The notes: a model not told the origin generated them from the sequence alone. A stretch of DNA of 64,000 nucleotides from Paramecium tetraurelia (GCA_000165425.1 CT868072.1:1-64000); one strand, 5' to 3'; shown: positions 39,515 to 55,678, counted from the stretch's first letter. A program made the numbers and translations.

Positions 39515-40147
39515 TAAAATATTTACTTAGGAAATTAATTAATTTTTATCACTCTTATTCAATAATCAATTATATAAAATAAAATAATCTTCAAACTTCT
39601 ACTGCTTTACTTGGTTCTAGCATCTTTAATATTCATTCTCTGTGAAAATTCACTTATCCAACTTATACCAGCTATATTTCAGTTGAACTTTGAATTAGTA
39701 TTGATGGTATTATATATTTCTTATTTCAGTTATAATCACTCAAGTGTTTTAACTAATAACTATTTTTTGTTCTATATGTCTATTCTATTTTTATTAGGGT
39801 GATTAAATTTAACTTAAATGATTCTTATTCCTATTTGGTTCTTTATTCTGAGACCGCCTTTTTCATTCTCCCTTCTTTCTTTTCTTTGCTTTTTTATATT
39901 TCTTTATACATGCTTATTTTTCGGTTACAATTACTTCTACCATAACTCACAAATTCAATCAATAGCCTTCTTTAATATTACTATATTTCTTTTGCAGTAA
40001 ATAAAGATTTAAATATGATTTACAAATAAACACTATGTTTTTATACTGCTCTCTTTCAATCTGAAATAAAAAAAGGACTTAAAATTACACTTTTAGATTA
40101 ATAATAAAACTAGATTGCATATTAATTAAAAATAAAAAAAAAATTTT

Positions 40148-40221
40148 CGCCCGAACAGGGTCTCGATCCCTGGACCTAGAGATTAAGAGTCTCTCGCTCT
40201 ACCAAGCTGAGCTATCCGGGC
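40148..40221 (-). tRNA. tRNA-Lys(CTT)
   Basis: GCCCGGA/TTCGGGC, AGAGA-CT-CTT-AA-TCTCT, CAGGG-ATCGAGA-CCCTG; T-run terminator downstream on the minus strand. Confidence 0.95.
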
Positions 40222-40932
40222 GAATTGATTAATTCATCTAAGTGAATTTATTAATTGCAAACAATTAACACTGCCATTTTAACAGAAATCATTTCGTATA
40301 TATTTAATTTTATAATACATTTTTCTAAACTTTATGTTCATATTTATATTTATTATTTTATCTATTAATTTCTCATTGCTTCTAAATATACACTATAATG
40401 ATTATGTGACCAGGAGAGAATCAAAGAAATGAAAATAAATTTTCAGAAGAAATATATTTATAATAACTATTTTTTTATGTATTTTAATGATTTAGAGTTA
40501 TTCATTAGTGCTAGATTTGCTTAATAAAAGCATGATTATAATTATTAACTTGTCTTATAATAACCTGGTGATTTTTGAATTAAAACAAAAATTAAATACA
40601 CATTAAATTGATAGCTATTTGCCATTTATTTAATTTTATTTAACTATTAACCGATACATTATATATAGTTTAAAATAAAAATTATTGGCTTAAAGAATAC
40701 AGCAGTATTGTCGATGATGTATATTTATGATTTGCTAATGTTATAATCAATTAAAATAAATAAACACATTACTAATTTCTAAAAAATTAAAAAGCGTGTA
40801 GTAATAAATTTGTCATATTAAATAAAACAACCTTTCCTTACGTCGTGATTTAATTTTAAATATAATAAATTAATTGGCTTGTTTCTATTTAAATAGAAAA
40901 ATACTCGGAATCAATTTTATATATTAAATTTA

Positions 40933-41666
40933 ATGATTCAATAAGAGTAATTCACAGCCGAATAAATCTAGCAGTATGATTAATTAGCTGATTGTAATTG
41001 TCTAATGTAACTATTTAGAGGCCATTCAGTAATTCCAACAGATTTTACCTCTTACTCCTGAAAACAAGTGGGAACCTCACAGTGACAAGAATGGTTTTAA
41101 GATCCATCTTAGGCCTGATAAGGAAACTGGTCTTAATTTCTCAAGAGGAGAGGGATTCTTACCTTATACTATATAATAAATTGTCGATATTCTTAATTAG
41201 GTGGAGAACGCTGAAAAATTTGATGAATTGTGTGAATAGGTATTTATTTACATCATTATAAATTTAGGCTAGCCTCATCGCAAAAATAAGAGAGGATTTA
41301 TTGATCTTTTATTAGAGGTTGAAGGATATGTTTATCGTGGTTTCTGGAAGAGATTTTGTGATTCTGTAAAAGAGACTCAGAGATGGCAATAAATTATGGG
41401 TTGTGGGTAAATCCATTGAATTAGCATCAAAACCACCCGTTAAAGGAAAGGTTAGAGGCGAATTAAAACTTGGAGGATGGTTATTGGAAGAAAAAGAAGG
41501 AGTAATTATTTGACATAAATAATAGGGTACACAAGTTACTTATATGTCTTGGGGAGATCCAAAAGGTAATTTACCTTCAAAGGCTGTTAATTTTGCCTCG
41601 AGTGCTCAAGGTTAAGTTGTAGAAAGATTGAAAAAGTTTATGGATTAAAAGCACGGAAAAAAGTGA
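40933..41666 (+). CDS. START-domain lipid-binding protein
   Basis: KWEPHSDKNGFKIH, VVSGRDFV, HPPVKGKVRGELKLGGWLL, DPKGNLP; several introns; 5' exon structure uncertain. Confidence 0.85.
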
Positions 41667-41853
41667 TATCTATCATCAGTACATGTCATATTAAAATAAA
41701 TCTATAAACAGTGTTAATAAGAATAATTTTAAAAAAAGAATTTTAAGATAAAAAATTCTTCTTATTTTCTTTATGCAAATTAATCATTATAAATACATTA
41801 ATTTAAAAGTATCAGTTTAGATTTAATCTATTGATAGAATTGGTTTCTAGATT

Positions 41854-42637
41854 ATGGAAGTAAGGGGCAAAATCTTTTTGAAATAATAATCTTTAATTTT
41901 GTTAGGAGGGTTAATAATAATAATAATAATACACTACTAAAATTATTCGTTTTTATAAATTGTTTAATTTTATATTAGATATGATTATTCATACGTGTAT
42001 AAATAATCTAATATTACTTATAGATTTCAAATTATGTTATGAAGGAATGTATAAATTTTGATTAATACGAGCACAAAACTCAAAATTTAATTCAGAATTG
42101 TAATTAATTAAAATAGTAGAAAGCGGTAATGATCAAGGAGAATGAAGAGATAGATTCTCAAAATGAATAGCCCAATAAGGCAGGTCTACTAAAAAAGCAA
42201 AAAAAGAAAAACGAATATGATTATCATCGAAAAAAGCGAAGATGCGCTGACGGAACAAACAGTAAAAAGTCAGGCAAAAAGTTTTCGCTAGAAGATGATA
42301 AACGTATTTTATAGTTGGTGCTGAACAACGGTCCCAAATTTTAGAGAATTCATAGACATTTTCATGGAAAAACATTGGCTATGGTGAAAAATCGATATTA
42401 TAAGTATTTACGCTTTAGATGGGAAATTTTAGGATAGTAATATTTAATTAATTTAGAAATTACAAACATTTAAGTGTTCCCTAAGAATAATAAGAGACCT
42501 TATGTGAACAACAAAATAACGTAAGGAGCATGTCGTGCGCCGAAAAAGATGATATTTTCTCTGAAATAACATAGCGAACTACATTACTTTAGAATGCTCG
42601 AATGTTTGTAGAATTTTTAGTTGAATAATTATTATGA
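41854..42637 (+). CDS. Myb-like DNA-binding protein
   Basis: KFSLEDDKRILQLVLNNGPKFQRIHRHFHGKTLAMVKNRYYKYLR; start uncertain. Confidence 0.78.
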
Positions 42638-43105
42638 CTATTGGTTTTACACAAACTTAATCCTAAATTTTTTGTAAACTCATTAACAATATACATTTAT
42701 TACTTAATGAGTTGTCATAAGTGTGTCTCACACTCTAAAAATGAAAGTTACAGAGCGACTTCCATTTTAAATGAGAAATTACTTCAAACAATGATTCATG
42801 ATAATATTCATATGCTTTCTAAAAAACGTCGTTTTCTTAAAAAAATACTGTATTGACGCACAAAACCAATAAATTCATTTTCAATTTAGTTTGTTCCAAA
42901 TTTGAATACACAATCATCTTTTCTAATTCCTGGAACTTAATTAAAAGAAGAAAATTAAGACGAAAGTTAGAAATTATGAGCTAATTTTTGCATGATTTAC
43001 TTAGTTCTTACTTATTGCCATTCAAAACCTCATTAGTTACTCAGAAAAGGAAATTAAACATTGTAAATTAGAGATTATAATTTAAATATAATAACAAATT
43101 AACTA

Positions 43106-44895
43106 TCATTACAAACATTAAGTTAAATATTTGAGTGCAATTTTAATTGAATACACTTCATTTGGATCCATTCTTGCTTATGATGAAAGTTATTAGAACT
43201 CATGAATATTTACAATTTTAGTAGTCCCATTGTGATATTATAATTTTATTGTATCTGAGTTTAAGATATGTTATATCTAAAGTTTCAAAGATAATTTTAC
43301 CTTTATTTTTGATTATGCGATATAGCCTTCATAACATTAACCCAATTTTGTATTTTTTAATGCAAAATTGCCGTGTTCATTGTTAAGTTTCTATTTCTGA
43401 TTCTTTTCTCGGATTGCATTACAAACCTATTTCGAATAAGTATAGAATTTCTATAACTTTTGGGGTAACTCATTTAACTTATACAATTTGGCTTTTTAAC
43501 CTTTCTTTTACACTATTATCTAATGAATAATTTAATAAAAAAATTACTTCTTATCCATTAGTTTAGATGATAAAATTCAAATCTTTGTTACTTACATCCA
43601 TTTCGAATCTTCCATCCTCGTGAATTTATAGTAAACCATTTTTTGTTTATAATTTACAAGATTTTAAATCACCTAACTTAATTGGAGATTCGGTGAAGAT
43701 ACAGATTGCTGAAGAATTCTGCTTATTGATTTTAACGCTATTCTCTCTGATGTTTTCTTTATTGCAATTTTCTTGATTGATATTTTCTTTGTTGTGATGA
43801 TTGCAACTAGTATTATTGAAGTTTGTCTCTTAAGGTAAGAAGAATCTGGGAACGTTGTCAAGATGATAGTTTTGTTTAAGTGAAATCTTTCCATTTGTTG
43901 TTTAACCAAAGAGTAACTTCTTTCCTCCTAACAATTGTTATTTCTATAGAAACTAAGTTAGAATCTATTATTTATCCAATCCAATCATAGAACAAGTAGA
44001 TCGATGCTATTACTTCACGAATGGACTCAAATCTAAAAGTTACTTGATCTAAGAACTGGATTGATTTCTACTTTAGATCCTAGGTGGAATAGGATCCATA
44101 AAAAATGGGTGCTTTATTATTTTTTCAATTGAGTATCTCTAATCTGCATCAAGATTTAACAAATTCATTATTAAATCCTTAAAAATTTCAGTAGAATTAG
44201 CAGGTAGATCAAAATCCCCTTGTTTCACTTTTCTCAAAACATCGCCCAAAGCAGCATTTTTCTCCTCAAAAGGACCACGACCTGTTGCCATTGCAAATAG
44301 ACAGCATCCCAAACTCCATAAATCAACTTTCTTTCCATAAGGTTATTAGTTTAGGATTTCTGGACTAATATAGTTTGGAGTACCACAAAGTGTATTTCTC
44401 TCTTCTTCGTCATCTGCTAATTTTACAGCCAATCCAAAATCAGCAATTTTTAGGATATCATTCTGTATTAAAAGATTCCCTAATTTAATATCTCTATGAA
44501 TTATGTTATGAGAATGCAAATATTACAGACCTTCTGCCAATTATTTACCATAAAAACGTATTTATTGTTCATTCAATTACCCTTTCTTAATTAATTAATA
44601 AATGTCTTAATCACACAATTCCATGATAAGATAACTGTTGTCAGCATCTTCAAAAACATCTACCAAATGTACAATATTTTTATGATGCAATTCTGAATGT
44701 ATTGTTACTTCATTTTATATTTTGTGTGAATTCGAGGATGTTTTCTAAATAATCTTCGCAGCCATTTCTACTTTGGTTAGTCTGTTTACAATCTTGCACA
44801 CAAAACTACCAGCCCCTCTACCTATCGGGTTCTTTATTTGGTAATTCTCATCTAATAGTAATATAAACACTTACTGCCAAAGAGTCTGATTTCAT
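43106..44895 (-). CDS. Polo-like kinase, PLK4/SAK-like
   Basis: [39 protein letters not shown]-terminal region ([16 protein letters not shown]) resembles a cryptic polo box. Confidence 0.85.
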
Positions 44896-45463
44896 TATTA
44901 ACAACTATATTTTTAACAGATTTTAATATTAACTAGAATAATTATAACACTAATTCATAAATTAATATATTCTTTTTATAATCCTTTTATTGTCATATAA
45001 ACTCATTTCATATCATTTTGAAAATGTTTTCCTAATTACTATGTTGAATTAAAAAAGCCTTATCAAAATTATCATCTAATAAATCACTAAAGTGTTTGCA
45101 ATAATTTTACTATAAAATTCTTATTGAGTCTAATAATTATTGCCTATCTACAGTTGATTTCAAGTAAACTGGCAATGTTTATAACTTTATCTGAATGGTA
45201 TCAAAAAATTGTGTTCTATCAATATAAGTTTAGAATAAGAATAATTTATGATCACATGATTGAGTGTTTTCACAAATAAAATAACTTTATACTAAATACA
45301 ATCAACATATATAGTATTCATTTATAAATTAAAAGATTCCAAATTGACATAAAATATGAGTCTATTAGATAATTATTGCTAGAGATTTCTAAAGTTTTTG
45401 GTTTTTAGGATTTTTACAAAATAGAAATATATTCGTTAACTAAGTTTTATTATAATTAATACG

Positions 45464-46216
45464 ATGAATCATATACCTATTCATTAACGTGCCCAACATT
45501 TAATGAAGGAAAAGCAACTGAAAATAGCAGAATACAAACGGTTGAAGGAGATGAATGAAGAATAGGAATGCAGCAAATATTCATTTCGGCCAAATATTAA
45601 TAAGGATAGAGAACATAGAACGGTAGATCAATTTTTAGAAGAGGTTGATTATTGGATTGAAAGAAAGAATGAATAACTCCATTTAATGCAAAAGGAAAAG
45701 TAGTAGGAAGAACTGAAAGGTTTGACATTCAAACCAAAAATTAATAAGAAATCTCAACGAATAATTTCTGATTAGAATTCATCTCTACTTCAAAGATGTT
45801 AAAAGAGCCAAATTAATAAACAGATTAATAGTGAGCATCATTTGATTGAAGAATTGAAAAAGACTCCCTTCTGTCCTTAATTAAATGCAAATTCAATTAA
45901 ATTAGCATCTCAAAGCAAAACACCTGAACGATCCATCTCTCCAAATTTGAAATAGCAGTACACTCCCAGAATTATAGGAAAATCAACATCAAGAACACCA
46001 CATAAGACTGAATAAAGAGTATCAACTTAGGCAGCTACACCTCTCAGATAGAACTAAAAAGTTTCATATCATAAGCAAACGAATTCAATGGCAAGCACAA
46101 CAGTTAATTCTAACAATAATAGCAAGAAAGCAGTATTGCCATTATAAAATGTGACAAATCATATGAAATTTATAGTAGATTTAGTTAATAAGACTCCTCC
46201 TAAAGGATTGTTTTGA
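45464..46216 (+). CDS. Hypothetical coiled-coil protein with repeated F-x-P-x-I/L-N motifs
   Basis: Intronless ORF; YSFRPNINK, LTFKPKINKKS, PFCPQLNAKS repeats. Confidence 0.8.
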
Positions 46217-47011
46217 AAAATACTATATATATTATATAAGATTATTGCAAAGATATATGAATTTGAAAATGTATATATCAAAATACTTTTTTTTTAATTT
46301 TATAATCCCCTTCCAGAAAATGGTTGTTGTCTACAATTTATATTCATAATTGTATAAACAACTGATTGGACTGCAAAATGGAAAACGGTTTACATAAGCA
46401 AGTTTTCTATTCTCTTCAACAATTCTATAAATGTTTAGAATGAAAGTATTATTTATCAATTATAATATTGTAGTATTAATATTGAATAGAAATATTCCTA
46501 ATAAAGCATTAATTTATGAGAAAATAAAAATAAATTCAACAAAAATAACAAATCAAATTTGAACTTTGGGAATAATTCTCATTTAATCTCTTTGAATTTC
46601 TATTTGAACTCTTTATAATGATTTCTTTAATTATGAAAAGCAGGACCTCTGGCTGTATTTTATTGGTACAAAATTTTACTTATTTAAGGTAAAGTTCTAT
46701 ATATTATTTTGGTTTGAATTCTACATTATATACTAAATTAGATTACCATTTCCTTTTTATTTGACTAGACTAACTGTAAAGGTTTTCCATATTTACTTAT
46801 ACAATATTACATTTTAGTAATTGTTATGAAAACTTAGATTACATTAAGAACTTTACTAAAACTATACTCTAGTTATGATATAGGAGATTATAAAGTTATT
46901 TTATACAACTTAAACAATTTTGCCCAATCAAATTATGAAAAGGATAATGACTTTCTTTTATCATAACATATTATGTTACTTTTTGCAACAAAACTTTAAT
47001 CCTTCGTTAAA

Positions 47012-47161
47012 NNNNNNNNNNNNNNNNNNNNNNNNNNNNNNNNNNNNNNNNNNNNNNNNNNNNNNNNNNNNNNNNNNNNNNNNNNNNNNNNNNNNNNNNN
47101 NNNNNNNNNNNNNNNNNNNNNNNNNNNNNNNNNNNNNNNNNNNNNNNNNNNNNNNNNNNNN
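47012..47161. other. Assembly gap (150 N)
   Basis: Run of N characters. Confidence 1.
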
Positions 47162-48152
47162 TTGTAAAGTCTCTTTTGTTATGATAATAAAATATAATTC
47201 ATAGAATTGGGATTATAATAAACCTATTTGTTAGCTTATATTAATTGTAATTCACTCATTTAATATCAAACTTTTCATAATAAAATTTTAAATACTGAAA
47301 ATGAGAACTAAGACTATATAAAAGTTCATTTTAATATTATTTGAAATCTTGGAAGTAGTATCTTTTATTAGATAAGAATAATGAACATAAAAATTATATT
47401 CGGTGGTCTCCTGATGGTGAAAGTTTTATAATTCCTAAACGTAAATTGTTTTAACAAAAAGTAATGGTGAATGCATTTAATACTAATAACATCTAGTCAT
47501 TTTTAAGATAACTCAGCTTTTATAAATTTAAAATGGAAAAGAATAAACAAAATCAAAAGCAGTATTGTCATCCACATTTCTAGAGGGGACGAAGGTAAAA
47601 TCATTGAATTATTGAGTGATTTACAGGGATCTTTTGAGTAAAATACAAAGAATGAAAAATGATAAATTAAACGAGGACAGTACAGATTAAGCATCAAATC
47701 TGGAGTATATAAAACTTTAGAATGAACAATTATAAAGTTAATTAGAGAAGCTGAAACTAAACCAGCAATATATATTGAAACAATTAATAATACAGGCGAA
47801 GATTTAGGCGACATTGGCGAGTCGGGTTGAGAGAATCGCTTAAGTAAATAATCCATTTTTAGCCTCTTTTAGGAAATGGCAATTATTTATGGAGAAGAGC
47901 GTTAATTAGAATTTGCGAAACCGATGAGATTGTTTTTCAAATTAATCTAAGGATATAGAGTAGATTAATTAGAAAGAATTATTGGCTTTCTGATTTTTGA
48001 GATGGATGTTCCCACTCCTATTTAAGAAAATTACTCTCCAATTTAGTTCCCTTATTGCTGAAATTTTGAAATTCCCATTGATTATAAGTAGTAGTGACAT
48101 TTCAAATATCGATTATAGACTTTAACTTAGCCATTTATAATTTTCCAACCAA

Positions 48153-48864
48153 TCACATAAATGGAAATATCATTGGAGAAAATGAAGGAGTTTAGGGTCC
48201 TCCAATGTCTTTCAATTCTCGAATTATGTTAGACGCTATTTCAAAATGAAAGCCTTTAAATATTTGAAACATCGATGTGAAATACAATACAAGCCTTCTT
48301 TCCTATTCTCTTTCTAAATTGTATTTCTTTTGCTCATCACAAATCTTTTTGATGTTCTTACAAATGTAAGTCTGTATTATGGAATGAATTCGAATTTATT
48401 TTAGTATAGAATTTTATTGGCTTTACAACGTTTCCAATTCCTCCTTTAATTATTTCATTTCTTCTCTCATAATAATGATGGAATCCTTCTCTTTATCCAA
48501 ATGGGCGATGCTCTGTCTCCGTTTTCTCTCCACCTTGGAAAGCGATGATCTTTTAAATTCAGAGATATGGAATACTTATTTCCTTTGATAAACCACTTAT
48601 GCGAAAACTACTTTTAGTTCATTTCTAAACTTCTCATCTTAAACCCATACGAATTCAGTTATCGATAGAGAGACTTAATTTGTGTTGAATAAAAGTATTC
48701 AGGCATAATCGAATTCTAAAATTCTTCGGGATCAACAATTATAAAAGCCCGTCCATCGACTGTCCATCTCACACAATCAAATTTGTCTGACTATCATTTA
48801 GCTGTTTGAAAGTTACCTGCAAAATTTCATACAAATTTTTAATTAATATTTTAGGTTTCCCCAT
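48153..48864 (-). CDS. HSF-type DNA-binding protein
   Basis: LIKNLYEIL..CVRWTVDGRAFIIVDPEEFQNSIMPEYF..SLYRQLNSYGF..FSHKWF; 3' end may extend further via an intron. Confidence 0.85.
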
Positions 48865-49341
48865 TCGATTGAATTTGAAAATGTACTTTAAATAATTAAT
48901 TAATGTAATAATTAACTTGAATCAAGATTTTAAGAATATTATTAATTTAATTAGACTTATTTTATATTGCATAAAAGATTATATAAAATTGAAATTATAA
49001 ATAAGTTTAACATAAATAAAATAGTATTAACGTATACACAAAGAATCCTTAGGATTTGCTTATTGACCAATCCTTACATCATCAATTCGTAAAGAATAGT
49101 TCTAACTATTTTAAATAAAATTTTATGATGAAAATACAATTAATTTATAAGTCTTGTTATATAGAATGAAATAAAAATGAATATCATTTAGATAGTTTGT
49201 TTAAGTTATGTTAATTAACTTGTAAAGCATGTGTGAGTAGCGGAAATGGTAAATTAAAATAAATAGAGGGAACTATAACGATATTCTTATATACAATTTT
49301 CAAGGTTAGAGATTATTATGACATAGAATGTAGAATTAAAT

Positions 49342-49416
49342 GATGTTTGTTGAACTTAGTGGTTAGAGCATTTGGCTTGTAAGCCTGGGATGGGTGTTCA
49401 ATTCCTCCAATTGTCT
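49342..49416 (+). pseudogene. Decayed tRNA, probably tRNA-Thr(TGT)
   Basis: A-box-like TTAGTGGTTAGAGC, CTTGTAA loop, B-box GTTCAATTCC; weak acceptor stem and broken anticodon stem. Confidence 0.6.
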
Positions 49417-49501
49417 ATTTCTTATTGACTACAGATATTAGAGGGGGTAAATTGGAAGATAGAATACAGATTTGTTAATCTTATAAAATATATTAATAAA
49501 T

Positions 49502-51246
<1,745 letters not shown>

Positions 51247-51271
51247 TTATTTATTTTTATCAAGGTAATTA

Positions 51272-52436
51272 TCATAATTTAGCCTATAATAATTAATTAT
51301 CATATATTTGAATGATCGTCTTTCCTTTGTTCTTCCCTAAAAATACATTCTACAGTCCAATTATGAATTATTCTATTCCTAAAAGTATTTCCTCTTGATG
51401 CTTTATGGATCCTTCGTTGACCATTTCAACCATCTCAGCAAATCCATCATACATCTTCTGTTTTTCATTCAAAAACATTATTCCTTCAAATTTGATTGAA
51501 TTTTCAATAGCCTTAGCCAAATTCTTTAAACCGCATCTTTACTTCCATGAATTATATGTAGATGTGGCTCCACATAACAATACATACCCTCTCTTATTTA
51601 TGACAGGGATCACCGCATCCAAGATTTCCTCTCCTGCATTATCATAATAAACATCTATTCCCTCGGATGCATGAGACTTTAATAATTGTGTTAATTAACT
51701 AATTAATGTTATTAATAATATTTACTTCACATTTATTTCCTCATTTTGCTTACATTTATTATATGTAACACATTCATCAACTCCAAGTTCCTTTAGGAAT
51801 TCAACTTTTTCCTCACTACTCACAATTCCCACAACTCTATATCCCATTCTCTTTGCTATTTGGCAAACAACTGATCCTGTTGATCCAGCAGCAGAAGAGA
51901 CACACAATGTCTTAGGACTTTCTTGAGTCGGTCGATTTGACTCTGGTATTTATTTCATGGCATTCAAAGCAGTCAAACCTGTCACACCATAACTAATATG
52001 TAATTCAAATACTAATACATAGACAATGTCAGAGGAATTATTGGATCACCTATCTCTACAAAAGATGGCACCTTAAATAGTTTATTGACCTTTCTCACAC
52101 AGTACTAAGCACATTCCAATACTCCAAAGACTAATTGGCCTAAAGAATACTTCAAAAATTTAAATTACCAGGATTCCAACTCTTAGCATTACTCTCAATA
52201 CATTGACCTACTCCAAAGGCAGGCATTACTTAACCAATTTGGACTGAATCTATGTATGTTTTAGCACCTGATAGCCAAACTCTCATGACAGGGTCTACAC
52301 CAATGAAAAGTACACGAATGAGGATTTCTCCTTTGTCCAATTGAGGTGTAGGCTACTATTGTATTTCAAAGAAATTCATGTTTTAAGGGAAAGACTCATC
52401 TGGTCTTCTTTAGAGAAGCAACACTTTATTATTCAT
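51272..52436 (-). CDS. NADP-dependent alkenal/prostaglandin reductase (MDR superfamily, PTGR-like)
   Basis: VDPVMRVW, GVTGLTA, VSSAAGSTGSVVCQIAK, YYDNAG, CGATSTYN, GKTII. Confidence 0.9.
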
Positions 52437-53325
52437 ATATTTAAAGTTTTTAATGTATCATTTGATTAATAATATTATCAACATTTATACCCTTACATTA
52501 TTAATTTAATTATCATATTTATTAATATTAATTAATATTTACCAAAATTAATCAGAAAATGATTCACTATAATAACTTTGATAAACAATTTATGTTAATT
52601 TAAATATAAATACTGTTTTTCTTACTATAATAACAATTTTTCAATTATTTATGAGAAGAATAATAAATATATTTCTAAGTAATTAAATGTTGTTTAAATT
52701 AATTGAAATAAATATGATTGTATTTTGGCGGAAAATATTTGTTGTCCATTTGTTTAAAACAATTATGTAAGTACTCGTCTTACTTTATAAGTTATCTATT
52801 TGCTATTGAATAAATGAAAAGTAATGATAGTGATTCAATCATTGTTTTGCTATTATTACTTCAATTTTAGAATAATTTTGTACATTCTTTTTGCTCCTCT
52901 TTGATACATAGTAACCTAAACGCCAATTATAAAAATCTTCATCAAAGTTTAAGATGTTAACTTGGCTGCATAATTGCTGAATGTATTATCTTTAGAAAGA
53001 TTTTAATTTTATTGGATCCAAAAAAATATATTTATCCTCAGATAGTTTTTAATAGATGTTACTCACTGTTCATTACAAACTACTGATCTACAAAATTGAT
53101 ATTATTGATATCATTTCCTTTTACTTATCAATGTTTGATTAATCCATCTAAATGATTTTAAAATTATATTTATTGGGGTAGAAGCAGAGCATTTTTTATG
53201 AATTAAATTCTGTAATAGATCATCCCTCATAAACATTAAATCTAGACTTTTTTCAAAATTCAAAACAGTTATCTTTACCTTGAATGCACATTATTATTTT
53301 TAAGAAATAATTTAGATTTAGAAGC

Positions 53326-53859
53326 ATGAGAAAACAAACAAATGAAAAAAGTGATGTTTTGGAAACCAATAATTCAACGGATTCAAATGTTTCAAGCTAA
53401 AAATGCTAAATTTCAAAAAATAGTTTAAGCTATTAATGCTAGATTGTAAACAATATCGTTGCTTAATAAGTCCAATGCTCTAGATGCTAAAAACCCTTAG
53501 TAAATAATGATCATTTATTGTAATATTGTAGTCAAAAATAATGTATAGTTAAATTTCACTAATAATGTTTCTTCAAAGAATTGAATGATCAAAACACTAA
53601 AAAGTAGGTATTTTTATATAAATGTAAATGTGGAACTAAAATACCTTCTACAATAATACGGAAATGTGGAGCGCCAAACTTTATGGAGTTTTTATCTTCA
53701 ATTCATCGCAGATAGCTAGACCTTCTTATGACTTAATCAAATTTGCGGAAAAATCATGAAATAGTATCCTTTTATATGCAGAATAAATTGAAAGAACATG
53801 AATTAGATTTCTTTATACAAGAAAAAGATAAGCTGACATACGATGAGACCCCATAATGA
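53326..53859 (+). CDS. RING-like zinc-finger protein
   Basis: CSRC...YCSQKQCIVKFHQQC...KCKCG; ends ETPQ-TGA. Confidence 0.7.
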
Positions 53860-54556
53860 AATGAAATTTATAGTTTTATTATTTATAATCAAACTATTAG
53901 AATTTACATCACAGTTAGATTATGAGTGCACTCATAGTCACTGTTGATTTAAGCATTGAAGAAAAATATCCATAATAATAAATTATTTATTCTGAACTAC
54001 ATTATATCTTATCTACGATAAAAATATTTCATTTTTTATTACGTTTGTAATAAATTGTATTAAGGCTAAAGCTCTGAAATTTGTTTTTACAATATCGCTA
54101 TCATTAACAAAGCTTGTTAATCAATATTCTGCTCTTGTACATAGTTTTATTAGGAAAATTCTTAAATCCTAGGTAGAATTACAAACTTCACCTGCATTAG
54201 TATTGTTGCCTTGTAATCAAAAGCATGATCTTCTTTATCATTTAATATAGAAAAAATGTTATAAATTCAAATTCAGCATCTGATTAAAATTAGATTAATT
54301 TGGAAAATTGATTATCTTACTTTACAACAATATAAATCTTAAATTAGTATTTTAATATTGTTAAGGATTATTGTACTTTAGAATTCGATATAATGAGATT
54401 ACTTGCTTAATAGAGATATTTTAAATGAACAAATGTAATAAATGCAGAAAATTTATATTTAGCTTTTATAATTTAATTAAACCTTAAGGAATAAAAGTAA
54501 ATATCACTTAATTTGTAAGGTATTTATAGTTGAGAACGGAGAGACTTATTAACGTT

Positions 54557-54629
54557 GCCCATGTGGCGCAATTGGTAGCGCGACAGCCTTCTAAGCTGTA
54601 GGCTGCAGGTTCAATCCCTGCCATGGGTG
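54557..54629 (+). tRNA. tRNA-Arg(TCT)
   Basis: GCCCATG/CATGGGT acceptor, ACAGC-CT-TCT-AA-GCTGT, GCAGG-TTCAATC-CCTGC; T-rich terminator. Confidence 0.95.
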
Positions 54630-54688
54630 ATTCTTTTTTATTTTTTTATTCCCTAAATATATTAATTAAATATATATTATAAACACTA

Positions 54689-55678
54689 ATGAGTGCTGTG
54701 CCTTATGAAAAGATTTGCGAATTAGCAAGTCCTCTTTATTTTCCTTTGGAGATTGATGGTGCTATTTATATGGTTTCGCAGAATGGCGACATTTTAAAAT
54801 TTAAGGATGGGTAATTCAAGGTAAGTTACATGAGATGAACGTAGGCTGAGTTTCATATATCAGGATAGCCTTATTCAATAGTAATTGATAAATTGAATAA
54901 ATTTATATATGTTGCAGATATGGCTCATCAAGCAATTTTAAAGAGATATATAGATGAGAACAGCTAAGAACAAATTACAGAATTTTTGAAAGATTATGAA
55001 GGGTAGCCACTTTTGGGGCCTAATTCATTGTTATTGTCCACCTAAAATAGTATAATTAAACGTAATTAGATTTACTATTCTTTACTGATTCTGGACCATT
55101 TGGTGAAACTTCAATAGAGAATTGCAAAGGATCTCTTTTTGCTATAGATATGGATGCTCAAATAGTTAAACCCTTGGCATTGTAGTGTTTATCTTATCCA
55201 AGTGGTATATGCTTAAGCAATAATCAAAAATTATTATTCCTGTGTGAAACAGGGAAGAACAGAGTGTTGCGCTTTGTTCAAACAGAGGCAGGAATATTTT
55301 ACTATAGGTATGGAATAATTAGTAATTGAAATAGCACATACATACAATTTAATGGTAGATTTGGTCCAATAGCCTGTGCAGTATCCCAATCAGAACATCT
55401 ATATGTTGCTAGATTTGAATTTGGACATGTATCAGAGGAGGGCTAGATAAGTATATTCAATTCAAATGGAGTGAATGTTGAGAATGTTTCTATTCCGCAA
55501 TGCCCTGAGATATCAGGATTAACATTTTCAAGGTATGTATATCAATTTATTGTGAAGCTAAAAATCGAATATTCTTTATGTAACAGAGAATTCATCAACG
55601 CCAAGTTGTTTGCGTATTTTAATTAATATCGAAGAGAAGGATGATGTAAAGAAAAAGGATAAGGATAAATTTAAATGA
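54689..55678 (+). CDS. SMP-30/gluconolactonase-like six-bladed beta-propeller
   Basis: GQPLLGPNSL, LFFTDSGPFG, LSYPSGICLS, LFLCETGKNRVLRF; four introns. Confidence 0.85.

Noticed and set aside
41912..41930. (TAA)6 microsatellite
   Set aside because: Ordinary low-complexity codon run in an AT-rich ciliate gene.
47540..48280. Plus-strand frame interrupted only by several TGA codons (possible selenoprotein or readthrough)
   Set aside because: In this code every frame is interrupted only by TGA. The density seen looks like chance for AT-rich DNA, no SECIS or homology is evident, and the 3' part overlaps the HSF gene antisense.
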